Both the position numbers and the translations under genes were made by a program. The notes under the pieces were generated by a model that searched no databases, was not told the DNA's origin, and was given only the letters and a program-made list of their open reading frames with translations. A DNA stretch of 64,000 nt, taken from the sequence record OZ196212.1; one strand, given 5' to 3'. Positions 1-8,895 of this stretch are shown one piece after another (position 1 is the first letter of the stretch; each line of letters opens with the position of its first letter).

Positions 1-1
1 C

Positions 2-505
2 TTTGAGATTATTCGATTCATATCACCACAAGGCGAGCCAGACGGCTATATTGAAAATGCTGAAAGCGTGTCTGAATACAATGTCAATCCATCAAACCGA
101 ATGGGGCGCGTCAACACTGAGTATTATCGATATGCTCGACGCATGAAAGATATCAATGGCGAGCATCGCGACGATAAACCATTTGACCATCCTGACTATG
201 ATGGCATGAGTGTTCAAGAAATCCCGGGACCAAAGTGTCGCATCACACCAATTGACCAAGACAGCATTGATGATGCTGTGCGCAAATTCAGTAGACTACT
301 TGAATGGGCTGACTATCTTGGCATTGAAACATGGATCCCTGAAATGATTGAGTGGATTAAGAATGGCTCAAGTGATTCGCTAATCGTCAACGCGAAACGC
401 TCAAGTAATCATGAGTCCATCGCTGCAATACCATTCGATGTTGAATACAATGATGGTAAGTTAGTCAAATCATCACAAATGATCGGATTATCTCAATTTT
501 TATAA
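2..505 (+). CDS. hypothetical protein, 5'-truncated by window edge
   Basis: Frame is open from position 2 (FEIIRFISPQ...) through the track ORF 68..505; followed by a terminator. Confidence 0.75.
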   Translation, partial: FEIIRFISPQGEPDGYIENAESVSEYNVNPSNRMGRVNTEYYRYARRMKDINGEHRDDKPFDHPDYDGMSVQEIPGPKCRITPIDQDSIDDAVRKFSRLLEWADYLGIETWIPEMIEWIKNGSSDSLIVNAKRSSNHESIAAIPFDVEYNDGKLVKSSQMIGLSQFL

Positions 506-508
506 TAA

Positions 509-542
509 AAGGGTTGCTTCGTGCAGCCCTTTTCTGTATACT
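509..542 (+). promoter_or_regulatory. terminator hairpin with embedded sigma70-type early promoter
   Basis: Stem aagggttgc/gcagccctt (509-531) plus T-tract; TTGCTT 514-519, 17 nt, TATACT 537-542; leader gagaacattATG. Confidence 0.8.
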
Positions 543-571
543 GAGCACATCAAAACAAAACAGAGAACATT

Positions 572-1333
572 ATGAGCAAACTTACATTCACTATGATGAC
601 AAACGCAATCGTTGCACAGACAGACACGTTCAACGCACAAGACATTGCAAACCATGCAATCGATAACAACGCTGACATGTTCGAAGCGCGTCTTGCGAAG
701 TGTGAAGGCGATGTTGCTGCAACAATCAAGCGAATCACTGCTCAAATATCAACTGACTTGCGTTTGAGTGTTCTCGATGGTGAGAAACTTCAAGTGTTAC
801 TTGCTGATGAAGATCTTGAACTAGTCAAAGTTGGTAAAGGTAGATATCGCGCATCATCAATCGCATCCGATGCTGATTCAATTGAGTCTGATGATTCAAT
901 TGAGTCTGATGAGTCTACTATCGAAACAGAAGAAGACACAGTTGAATTCAATCGCGCTGTTGTTATTCGCACTGCTGAACAACAAATGTCAAAAGCAGAC
1001 TTGAATCGAATCAAACAGCAAAAGAATGTTGGCGCTGATATCAACAACATCATGAAATGGAAGAACAGTGACTTAGCTCTTGAATGGGATCACGCTAAAG
1101 CATTAGCTGATGACGGCGAACACTCACCTAATAATGGTCAGCTTGTTTCTCGTCAGTATAACAGAACAAAGAACGCACGCTCTGAAAAGCGCAGAACATT
1201 TAAAAAGCAATGCGAATACATCATGCGCAATGTTGAATTCTACTTAGCTGATCGTTGGGTTGATGAAGAAGAATCTGAAATCATGATTCAAAACGTTAAA
1301 GCACGTCTTGCACTACTAGAAATCTACTACTAA
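572..1333 (+). CDS. hypothetical early protein with acidic low-complexity linker
   Basis: 253 aa ORF directly after promoter cassette; 18-bp tandem gattcaattgagtctgat x2 at 875-910. Confidence 0.85.
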   Translation: MSKLTFTMMTNAIVAQTDTFNAQDIANHAIDNNADMFEARLAKCEGDVAATIKRITAQISTDLRLSVLDGEKLQVLLADEDLELVKVGKGRYRASSIASDADSIESDDSIESDESTIETEEDTVEFNRAVVIRTAEQQMSKADLNRIKQQKNVGADINNIMKWKNSDLALEWDHAKALADDGEHSPNNGQLVSRQYNRTKNARSEKRRTFKKQCEYIMRNVEFYLADRWVDEEESEIMIQNVKARLALLEIYY

Positions 1334-1342
1334 GGATTACTC

Positions 1343-1693
1343 ATGAACAATCACGCTTATCGCATCAAAACTGAAATCCCTATGCTTGCTATCGAAGAAG
1401 GCGATGTCTTTGTGCAATCACCTTTCAATGGCAATCGCTATCAGTTAGTGCGTCAACCAAATCGTCCAACAACTGATATCAGTCTCATTCAACAATTCAG
1501 TCACTTGTATGATGAAATCTATGTGCCAGACACTGATATCCCTGAAGTGATTGCTAATTGGAAAGAACACGCTCAAGCTGAACACGATGTTAATTTGAAG
1601 CTCGTCGATAAACTGTATGAGCAAATCGATTTCATTCAATCGCAAATCACAGTAGCTCAAGATAAAGCACACAAAATGGCAGATTACCTATGA
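1343..1693 (+). CDS. hypothetical protein
   Basis: 116 aa ORF in tightly packed operon; C-terminal coiled-coil-like segment. Confidence 0.8.
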   Translation: MNNHAYRIKTEIPMLAIEEGDVFVQSPFNGNRYQLVRQPNRPTTDISLIQQFSHLYDEIYVPDTDIPEVIANWKEHAQAEHDVNLKLVDKLYEQIDFIQSQITVAQDKAHKMADYL

Positions 1694-1959
1694 ACATAAA
1701 ACTACTCATTCGAAACGAAATCAAGAACAGCACGCAGAACTATGCGACTGTGTACGACATCATGGACGCTATTGTAACTAAGTACCCGCAAGCAGCTATC
1801 AACGATAGAGGTAAGTCGCTTGCTAATAGCACTGTGCGTCGCGAGATCAGTCGATTGCTCGATGAATCATGCAACTGGGAACGCTGTGGCGTTACTAAAA
1901 CTGGTCGCAAACTCTATGAGCGAATCAAATCAACTGACCTAAGCGAGTTCACACAATGA
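1690..1959 (+). CDS. hypothetical protein, possible winged-helix DNA binder
   Basis: 89 aa; ATGA overlap; helix-turn-helix-like NSTVRREISRL (weak). Confidence 0.7.
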   Translation: MNIKLLIRNEIKNSTQNYATVYDIMDAIVTKYPQAAINDRGKSLANSTVRREISRLLDESCNWERCGVTKTGRKLYERIKSTDLSEFTQ

Positions 1960-2579
1960 AACCATACGATTTAGTACACAAAATGCAGAAAGTTGTCAAC
2001 TCATGTACGACTGTTGAACAACTGCGCAATGCTCGTAAGTATCTGCTGCGTTGCTATGACTATGCTAACACGCTCGATGACTCTGGCGCGTTCTTGACTG
2101 TGACTCTTGGTGCTGAAGAAATGGATGGCATCATTACTCAACGTCTGTGTGAACTGAGCGACACGCGTGGCATGTTAGCTGTTGATACTGGCATAATCAA
2201 ACTCGGTCTTGATATTCATGGCGTGATCGATAAAGCACCTGAGCTGTTCACGCTTATCAGCAAACTACCAGTCGAAGTGCATATCATCACTGGCATTAAA
2301 GAAGAGCTTGACGACCACGTACCTGATGAGCTAGAATACGACAAGTGGTTCAGTATTCATCAACACTTAGAAGACAAAGGCGTTGTATTCTCATACGACG
2401 AGAAAGGCAGACCGTGGTGCAATCCCAAACTATGGGACGATGCTAAAGCAGAATACTGCAAAGAGCATAACATCACAATGCTTATCGATGACTCACCGAA
2501 CTACGTTGACTCATTCGCTGCTCTTGATACTCTGTATCTTCAGCTTACCAATACTAAACGTGAAGATTGGAGAAAGTAA
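1956..2579 (+). CDS. HAD-superfamily phosphatase/nucleotidase-like protein with N-terminal extension
   Basis: Motif I-like GLDIHGVID and motif IV-like MLIDDSP. Confidence 0.7.
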   Translation: MKPYDLVHKMQKVVNSCTTVEQLRNARKYLLRCYDYANTLDDSGAFLTVTLGAEEMDGIITQRLCELSDTRGMLAVDTGIIKLGLDIHGVIDKAPELFTLISKLPVEVHIITGIKEELDDHVPDELEYDKWFSIHQHLEDKGVVFSYDEKGRPWCNPKLWDDAKAEYCKEHNITMLIDDSPNYVDSFAALDTLYLQLTNTKREDWRK

Positions 2580-2815
2580 TGTACGCTCTCAACCCTGATT
2601 TCATTAAACGTGCGATTCAACAAGGCGATGCATTCAAACGCGTCGCTGAGATAATCGGTCAAGCGCGTCACGATCACTCGCAACTGCAAAACTGTGTGAT
2701 ACTTGATACACGCGTTGTCGTTGTGCTGTTCGTTGCAGGTCATACTAAACGTGAGTTCGTTACGTACGAAGAGATCAGCGACTACATTCACGAACACAAT
2801 GTTCAATTCACATAG
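2579..2815 (+). CDS. hypothetical protein
   Basis: Start moved to ATG 2579 after GGAGA RBS. Confidence 0.75.
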   Translation: MYALNPDFIKRAIQQGDAFKRVAEIIGQARHDHSQLQNCVILDTRVVVVLFVAGHTKREFVTYEEISDYIHEHNVQFT

Positions 2816-2823
2816 GCAATATC

Positions 2824-3060
2824 ATGACATTTGATCCTAAAATGAAATCAGCACGCATCATGCAAGAGTATGAACAACTCAAAGATGCTGTGACTCAATG
2901 CATTGACTTGAGTAATGATGAGTCTGTGACTCATGTTGAATACTGTAGACAAAGCAATGTGTTCACTGCTGTTGTCGCTACTGATATGTGGCTCGACAAT
3001 ATACAAGTCGATGGCATAACAGTCGAAACTAAATTGAGAGAACTCAATGAACGCACATGA
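2824..3060 (+). CDS. hypothetical protein
   Basis: 78 aa ORF in operon; no family recognised. Confidence 0.75.
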   Translation: MTFDPKMKSARIMQEYEQLKDAVTQCIDLSNDESVTHVEYCRQSNVFTAVVATDMWLDNIQVDGITVETKLRELNERT

Positions 3061-3343
3061 TACTGTTAAACATTACCAACGCATTAAACGAGCAATCGTT
3101 ACCATCATCGATGAGAACTTCAAAGGCAACTTCACTATCATGGATGCTTTCTATGATGATGAACACAAGCATTGGGAAGTTAGCGTCTACGATAATGGCG
3201 AAACAGTTGAATACTTCATTACTTCGCATGAACTCGACTGCCGATTCGAATTCGAAGACATGAAACTGTCTGTTCCATTACCTGATGTGCTGTGCATGAA
3301 CGACGACGTGCTCGACGAACTGAAGAAAAAACTATGGACGTAA
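3047..3343 (+). CDS. hypothetical protein
   Basis: 98 aa acidic ORF, GAGAG RBS. Confidence 0.75.
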   Translation: MNAHDTVKHYQRIKRAIVTIIDENFKGNFTIMDAFYDDEHKHWEVSVYDNGETVEYFITSHELDCRFEFEDMKLSVPLPDVLCMNDDVLDELKKKLWT

Positions 3344-3558
3344 AAGAAACTGTTCAACGTCACGCATTCATCTTTAAGAAACTCGATGAACTGCTTGAAC
3401 TAAGCGCGTGCCAATACACTGACCTTGTAGTATGGGATGATGAACGCGAACTGTTCGAAGTCTGCATCGTTACTGAATCAGAGAATGGCACTGAATATGA
3501 TGACGTTGAAGTAACGCTCATCGCAATACAAAACTATATCGATAAGGAACTATCATGA
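3334..3558 (+). CDS. hypothetical protein
   Basis: Start moved to ATG 3334 (MDVKETV). Confidence 0.7.
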   Translation: MDVKETVQRHAFIFKKLDELLELSACQYTDLVVWDDERELFEVCIVTESENGTEYDDVEVTLIAIQNYIDKELS

Positions 3559-3746
3559 ATAGCATGAGACTAGCACTACCAACTTACCTGCAACATCTAA
3601 CTGTTGTTGAGAACTCTATCACTGTTGATTCTGCACGCGATAAAGCATTGCTTGTTGAATGGCTGAAGTCAGCGAAAGCTAAGTTCACTATTGAACAAAC
3701 AACTATCTCGCGCTGTGTCTATCACGTTAAACGTATCGAGGCGTAA
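3555..3746 (+). CDS. hypothetical protein
   Basis: 63 aa, AAGGA RBS, ATGA overlap. Confidence 0.7.
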   Translation: MNSMRLALPTYLQHLTVVENSITVDSARDKALLVEWLKSAKAKFTIEQTTISRCVYHVKRIEA

Positions 3747-3747
3747 T

Positions 3748-4125
3748 ATGAGTCACACGATGAAAGCAATGCTGCACACGCTTGAACAAACTGAAATGGC
3801 TATTGCACAAGAGTTTGATCTCGATGAACTGTGGCACGGACTGGTTGACTGCACTAACGATAACTTTGTGTTCTCTATCTGTACCGATGACGTGAAAGAT
3901 GTCGAACAAGTGCTTGAACAAATACGTGAAGTAAGCTATCAGTTCGATACCATTGATGACCTCAATGATGGCGATTGCTATGCCATTGAAGTATACGGCA
4001 CTAGCGTATGGTTGAGCAAAGACAAACAGTATTGCTTAATCGTCGGCTCTCAAAACAATCTCGACATGAACTTCTATCTGTTTGATATGAAGAACAATCG
4101 TAACAACGAATGGACTGACGAGTAA
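3748..4125 (+). CDS. hypothetical protein
   Basis: Start moved to ATG 3748 after GAGG RBS. Confidence 0.75.
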   Translation: MSHTMKAMLHTLEQTEMAIAQEFDLDELWHGLVDCTNDNFVFSICTDDVKDVEQVLEQIREVSYQFDTIDDLNDGDCYAIEVYGTSVWLSKDKQYCLIVGSQNNLDMNFYLFDMKNNRNNEWTDE

Positions 4126-4310
4126 TGCCGTACGCAATCATCTTGACTAATACTAATGGCGAAACATGCGAAATCAAACCATTGGTTAACAACTCACTCA
4201 AATCTGAATATGGTCTTGAGTGCCGTAAGATTCAACAAAACGCTGCTCTACTCGCTAAACGAATAGAGAAATTCGACGACGTTGAATCTTGTGTCGTTAA
4301 ACACTATTAA
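4125..4310 (+). CDS. hypothetical protein
   Basis: 61 aa, TAATG coupling. Confidence 0.7.
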   Translation: MPYAIILTNTNGETCEIKPLVNNSLKSEYGLECRKIQQNAALLAKRIEKFDDVESCVVKHY

Positions 4311-4334
4311 CTAGAGCGCAATCATTAAAAGTGG

Positions 4335-4362
4335 TTGCGCTTTTTTTTGCAATCAGTATAAT
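4335..4362 (+). promoter_or_regulatory. sigma70-type early promoter
   Basis: aaaagtgg-TTGCGC, 16 nt, TATAAT; leader gagagaacaatATG. Confidence 0.7.
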
Positions 4363-4393
4363 GAACACATCAAGACAATCAAGAGAGAACAAT

Positions 4394-4540
4394 ATGACAC
4401 TCATTATCTCATTCGTACTCGCTGTCATTACTATCATGACATTCGTTAGTGCTATTAAAAACTTCAGCTTCTTGCTGCTACTCCTAAGCGCAATCACTGG
4501 ACTATGCTCGTACATAATGCTGTACGCTTCATTCATGTAA
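4394..4540 (+). CDS. small membrane protein
   Basis: 48 aa, two hydrophobic segments, follows promoter leader. Confidence 0.7.
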   Translation: MTLIISFVLAVITIMTFVSAIKNFSFLLLLLSAITGLCSYIMLYASFM

Positions 4541-4549
4541 GGAACAACT

Positions 4550-4726
4550 ATGTCTATTCTAATCGCAGTGCTAATGGCTTTCTTTGCCATGATGCTGTTC
4601 ATCAATCTCGTTACTGATTTCTTAACGCTATCAGATACACGATTCTTTGTAATAGCTCTAGCTATCGCAACTATCGTTAATGCCGCTCACCATATCATTA
4701 CACATCTATACGGAGTACCACTATGA
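4550..4726 (+). CDS. small membrane protein
   Basis: 58 aa (MSILIAVLMAFF...) read manually; AAGGA RBS. Confidence 0.65.
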   Translation: MSILIAVLMAFFAMMLFINLVTDFLTLSDTRFFVIALAIATIVNAAHHIITHLYGVPL

Positions 4727-5226
4727 TTGTACAATTGCAGAAACTCATTGAAGAAAACAACAAGCACGAGAACTCTATCAATGGCAATATGCTGTTCGCT
4801 GAAGTAAACGCGATTCAAGCTCGTATCACTCTCAATAAAGTAGAGATAGAAGAACTGAGCAAGCAACTCTTTAAACAATTCGTGCAAGTGCTTAAAAGAA
4901 ACAAACACCTCGGCAAGTACGATAGAGCTGCTAATCGTTACACTCAGTTCTGGAGCTTCATTGAACTAGACAATAAGTTTCTTACTGTTAATCTACGCTA
5001 TGATGGATACGATGAACCAGATACGTATGAAGACGTACAAATACCATTACTCGCATTGTCTAATGAAGAACAATTCGCTAAACAACAAATCATTACTCTT
5101 GCTCAACAACGTGTAGAATGGAGCATTAGCCATCTAGCTAGACTAGAGAAAGAAATCGTGACTGCGCGTGAACGTCTTGCTAAAGATAACGCTGAACTAC
5201 AACAACTGGTGAACTCAAATGATTAA
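4723..5226 (+). CDS. hypothetical coiled-coil protein
   Basis: 167 aa, GGAG RBS. Confidence 0.8.
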   Translation: MIVQLQKLIEENNKHENSINGNMLFAEVNAIQARITLNKVEIEELSKQLFKQFVQVLKRNKHLGKYDRAANRYTQFWSFIELDNKFLTVNLRYDGYDEPDTYEDVQIPLLALSNEEQFAKQQIITLAQQRVEWSISHLARLEKEIVTARERLAKDNAELQQLVNSND

Positions 5227-5434
5227 AGCTATCTGTAATGACATTACTTCACCTCGTGTAGACGATAACACTAAATTACCAACTGGCATTACATTCGGCT
5301 CTTGCTACTCAGTACACATGTACAACGATAACGCAGATAACAACAAACGTCCTCCTATGATTCGTATCACGAACGATCTAGGGCAACGTGCTTCGTATGC
5401 TGCTGAACGCTTTACACTGCTGCTGAACGAATAA
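5219..5434 (+). CDS. hypothetical protein
   Basis: 71 aa ORF overlapping previous stop. Confidence 0.7.
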   Translation: MIKAICNDITSPRVDDNTKLPTGITFGSCYSVHMYNDNADNNKRPPMIRITNDLGQRASYAAERFTLLLNE

Positions 5435-5455
5435 ACAACGCAACTGTACTCTAAC

Positions 5456-5503
5456 AACACGCTCGTTCAATACAGAAGCTCTCAGAAGCTCTCAGAGCGT
5501 GTT
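5456..5503. repeat. 9-bp inverted repeat enclosing a 10-bp tandem repeat
   Basis: aacacgctc 5456-5464 / gagcgtgtt 5495-5503; cagaagctct x2 plus caga at 5473-5496. Confidence 0.9.
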
Positions 5504-5751
5504 ACAGACGATATCAGATGTAATGCTTTTTCATATGACGCACCATGCCTCGTTATTATCAGCAAATGGTATGACGTGAGAGAATATCACTATGATATGG
5601 GTATGAACGTGTGTCATAAGTGTTTGAATAATATCGCGTCGTACAGAAATATGCAGTACAATGAGCTGCGAATGGTGCGTTGATTAGATGATTGAGATAG
5701 AGTGACAATTGTTGATGAAGTCTCGTACGAGCCGATGCAGTCGAGATAAGT

Positions 5752-5787
5752 CAAGAACAGCCAAGAACAGCCAAGAACAGCCAAGAA
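5752..5787. repeat. 10-bp tandem repeat (iteron-like)
   Basis: caagaacagc x3 plus caagaa. Confidence 0.95.
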
Positions 5788-5903
5788 TGGTACACAATTT
5801 CGAAAAGGCTAAGCCATCCGCAGATGATTGACAGAAAAGATTTGACACGCTGCGGTTGGTTGTGTTAGCGTAGTCCAGTCCAATAACATAGAGAGAATGA
5901 CAG

Positions 5904-6047
5904 ATGATTACATTAAGTGTGTTTTACATAGCGCGAGACATGCCATATGGTGAGCGTCCCGAAGAGTTATATTGGGGTACGGTGTTGATAGACGTATTGA
6001 TGTTTCCAACCGCGTACTTTTTACTTGAATTACTGATGAGAACGTAA
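5904..6047 (+). CDS. small hydrophobic protein
   Basis: 47 aa (MITLSVFYIARD...) read manually; stop abuts next start. Confidence 0.55.
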   Translation: MITLSVFYIARDMPYGERPEELYWGTVLIDVLMFPTAYFLLELLMRT

Positions 6048-6048
6048 G

Positions 6049-6633
6049 ATGAAGCAGATACGTAGACAGAAAAAGCAGCTTGATAAGCAAGCACTGGTGC
6101 AAGATGGTACAATGATCCAAGCATCGAACCATTACAACTCGTACACTGGTTACAAGATGACAATGCCGACTATCAAAGAGATTGAGGGTGGTACTTGTTT
6201 GGTAACAGATGAGAAGTATTTGAAGATATCGTTTGACTCGATGAATGGTTCAGTTGCACGCGGTGAACGAGATCATGTGCAAGTTAAAGCTCGATTGCAG
6301 TTGCCAGCCAAAGATTGGGCATGGTATAACTGTAAATGGGTTGGTGACCAGTTGAAATACTTGTACAAAGAGACAGATTTCGTTGATGAAGAGAACGTAT
6401 TTGTTGTTGGTGAGTTGATTGACGTACGCGCCATTGGTGATTTCGTTGATGAAGACGAAGTATTAGAGGGTACAGTCGTAGCAGTGAACGATACACAGAT
6501 GGCAGTTGAAGTAAACGGCTTGTTTGTTGTATTCGCTCCGAATGAGTTAGCCAGTACAGAAGCGGTCAGTTCTTGCAGTGAGTTTGTCATTGATGGTCAT
6601 TACTTTGCCACTACAGACGATGAGCGCGAGTAA
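6049..6633 (+). CDS. hypothetical protein
   Basis: 194 aa ORF; no family recognised. Confidence 0.75.
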   Translation: MKQIRRQKKQLDKQALVQDGTMIQASNHYNSYTGYKMTMPTIKEIEGGTCLVTDEKYLKISFDSMNGSVARGERDHVQVKARLQLPAKDWAWYNCKWVGDQLKYLYKETDFVDEENVFVVGELIDVRAIGDFVDEDEVLEGTVVAVNDTQMAVEVNGLFVVFAPNELASTEAVSSCSEFVIDGHYFATTDDERE

Positions 6634-7171
6634 AGCTGAAGACTATTGCCGAGAAATGGGGTTTGTTTTTCTCGGTATGTCTGGTAAACTAGCTCGTATA
6701 CGCTGTGAACGGCATGACATGGAGCGCGAAGTCATGCCATTTGTTATACGAAACAAAACCACATGTGCTCAATGTTATGCTGAACTTCCCCCAGAATCTC
6801 GTAAGCGCGGTGAGTACAAGAAGCAGAAAGTTGATACTAGAGCCAAGTTATACATTAATTCTGTGTATGATGGTGATGTTCTGGTAGCATATAAGTTTGG
6901 TATAACGAAAAAACGTTCACAGCAATCAAGATTACGGGACATTCAAGAAGGGTGTAAGTATCGGCTTGAAGAATTTACTTGCTATTATCATGATGACTAT
7001 GCTACCGTACGTGCCATCGAAGGGGTTTTGAAAACTCTAACTGTTCATGCGCTATCATACGAAGAAATGAATGATGGTTATACAGAAACCATCGCTCCGC
7101 ATGAACTTCACACCATACAAACGATTATTGAGTGTATGCTTGACAATCGCCCGTGGGCTCATCTAGTGTAA
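6620..7171 (+). CDS. GIY-YIG-superfamily (T5orf172-like) endonuclease with N-terminal Zn-finger; homing-endonuclease-like
   Basis: LYI...YKFGIT...RL...IE..LK...DGYTET pattern; CxxH/CxxC at N-terminus; start moved to ATG 6620. Confidence 0.65.
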   Translation: MSASKAEDYCREMGFVFLGMSGKLARIRCERHDMEREVMPFVIRNKTTCAQCYAELPPESRKRGEYKKQKVDTRAKLYINSVYDGDVLVAYKFGITKKRSQQSRLRDIQEGCKYRLEEFTCYYHDDYATVRAIEGVLKTLTVHALSYEEMNDGYTETIAPHELHTIQTIIECMLDNRPWAHLV

Positions 7172-7186
7172 AACGGAGTAAAAAGT

Positions 7187-7735
7187 ATGTTTTATCGTAT
7201 GAAATGGGAAGATCAGACGCGTTTTGAGCCATTGAAGAGTGGTGAATTACTGGTATTGGATATAGACGGTCGTCGTATATCGGGTATGTATGATGGTGTA
7301 TCGCGTTTATGTGTTGGTGATATTTCAGTTGAGCTAGACGAGTATGCCATTGATGGTGAGTCTATAGAGTACGTCTTGAATGTTCGTAAGCGTGCGACGT
7401 ATGGTTTTGCTCATGGTTACGAGCGCGTATATTGGGTAAATGGTGTAATGAGTCGTCGAATTGTAGAGCGCGTGCAAGTAAAAGTGCCGTATGAGCTTGG
7501 TATTGGTGATGAGATATACGGTATTACGAAAGAGCTAGATGAAGATGGTGAATATATTACTGCTGATTTAGAGATAATTCGCTTGACAGGTGCGTATGTG
7601 TTATGTGAGAATAGCGGCACGCCTGTGATATTCGACTTAACACGGCCATGTAAGCGTAACACCATTAGCTATTATGCAAGTCAGTGTGGCAAGTACGAGT
7701 GGTTTACACGTTATCAACTAGAGAGTGAGTTATGA
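7187..7735 (+). CDS. hypothetical protein
   Basis: 182 aa, GGAG RBS. Confidence 0.8.
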   Translation: MFYRMKWEDQTRFEPLKSGELLVLDIDGRRISGMYDGVSRLCVGDISVELDEYAIDGESIEYVLNVRKRATYGFAHGYERVYWVNGVMSRRIVERVQVKVPYELGIGDEIYGITKELDEDGEYITADLEIIRLTGAYVLCENSGTPVIFDLTRPCKRNTISYYASQCGKYEWFTRYQLESEL

Positions 7736-8115
7736 CTATTTTAGAATTGTTCCAAGAGAAAGCACGTATGTTGTTAGACGACGCGGTGTTTATTCGTAAC
7801 CCTGATTGCTATAGCTGTCAGAATTTAGAAGTACACGTGCGTGAAGTTGCGGGTTCGTATCGCGGTGTTCATGATGAGCTGTCTCGTTTACAGACGGGGT
7901 TCAAAGAAATGCTGCGAACTGATCCGATGGCAGTAATTGGTTTTGAGCTTGCAGAGCCATCGTTGAAGCGTTTAGCAAGTGGTAATTGCACTGCGTTCGT
8001 TCATGTTGTATGCTACGATGAGAACGAAAACATGTACGAAGACGAAGAACTAGCTGCGCGATTCATTGCTGCACGTACAGCATGGTTACAATTCATTATT
8101 GACAAAGAGGTTTAA
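7732..8115 (+). CDS. hypothetical protein, tandem paralog 1 of 3
   Basis: Shared LFQ..A, YSC, CTAFVH..CY and AWLQFII.[KQ]E motifs. Confidence 0.85.
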   Translation: MTILELFQEKARMLLDDAVFIRNPDCYSCQNLEVHVREVAGSYRGVHDELSRLQTGFKEMLRTDPMAVIGFELAEPSLKRLASGNCTAFVHVVCYDENENMYEDEELAARFIAARTAWLQFIIDKEV

Positions 8116-8116
8116 C

Positions 8117-8497
8117 ATGACCATTCTAGCTTATTTCCAAGAGAAAGCAATTCAGCTTATAGAAGACGAGACGTATATCGCCGATCCAGACGAGTACAGT
8201 TGCCATGATATGATGGCTCATGTGCCACGTTTGTATGACTCGCGTGACATTAGCAAAGAGATTGAACGTCTGCAAGAGCTATTCAAAGCTAAATTGCTTG
8301 CTGATTCGATGTCATTGACGGGGTATGAGCTGTCGCGTACGTCTCGAAACATCATGAATGATTCGATTTGTACTGCATTTGTGCATGACGCGTGCTACTC
8401 TGAAGAGGGTGGCAAATACGTTGGCGAGCAATACGACGCGGTATTTACTGCTATTCGTAAAGCATGGTTGCAATTCATCATTGAGCAAGAGGCTTAA
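8117..8497 (+). CDS. hypothetical protein, tandem paralog 2 of 3
   Basis: Start moved to ATG 8117; same motifs. Confidence 0.85.
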   Translation: MTILAYFQEKAIQLIEDETYIADPDEYSCHDMMAHVPRLYDSRDISKEIERLQELFKAKLLADSMSLTGYELSRTSRNIMNDSICTAFVHDACYSEEGGKYVGEQYDAVFTAIRKAWLQFIIEQEA

Positions 8498-8498
8498 C

Positions 8499-8894
8499 AT
8501 GAACATTCTCAAATTGTTCCAAGCACACGCGGCTGAACTGATTCAAGATGGCGACTTTCTACAGAACAGAAACACGTACAGTTGCACTCAGATGTCCACC
8601 TACGCGACTATGAAAGCAATGGAAAGTGGTAAAGTCTATTCTAGTGTGTCCGATGAAATTGAATCATTGCAAACAGAATTCAGAAAACTTTTGCGAGAAG
8701 ACGCGAAATCTGTGCTTGGATTTGAGCTTCCGCCACGCGTACTTGAAGATCTAGAGAGCCCTTATTGTACTGCGTTCGTACATACTGCTTGTTACGATGA
8801 GCATGACGAAGAATACACGGGTGATGAATACACACAACGATTTGTAGCAGCCCGTAAAGCATGGTTACAATTCATTATTGACAAAGAGGCTTAA
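8499..8894 (+). CDS. hypothetical protein, tandem paralog 3 of 3
   Basis: Start moved to ATG 8499; same motifs. Confidence 0.85.
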   Translation: MNILKLFQAHAAELIQDGDFLQNRNTYSCTQMSTYATMKAMESGKVYSSVSDEIESLQTEFRKLLREDAKSVLGFELPPRVLEDLESPYCTAFVHTACYDEHDEEYTGDEYTQRFVAARKAWLQFIIDKEA

Positions 8895-8895
8895 C

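Larger units (their letters stand above)
5435..5903. other. largest intergenic gap; candidate replication origin
   Basis: C-rich + strand to the left and G-rich to the right with no coding-strand change; tandem and inverted repeats. Confidence 0.45.

Noticed and set aside
875-916. 18-bp tandem duplication in the 253-aa early gene
   Set aside because: Simple slippage in an acidic low-complexity linker; no further structure.
5435-5683. Stop-free + frame of about 82 codons across the first half of the intergenic gap
   Set aside because: No ATG/GTG with an RBS until late in the frame, and it runs through the tandem repeats. It may be a degenerate gene; not called.
5473-5787. Short direct repeats as a CRISPR array
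   Set aside because: 10-bp units are contiguous with no spacers, and there are no cas genes.
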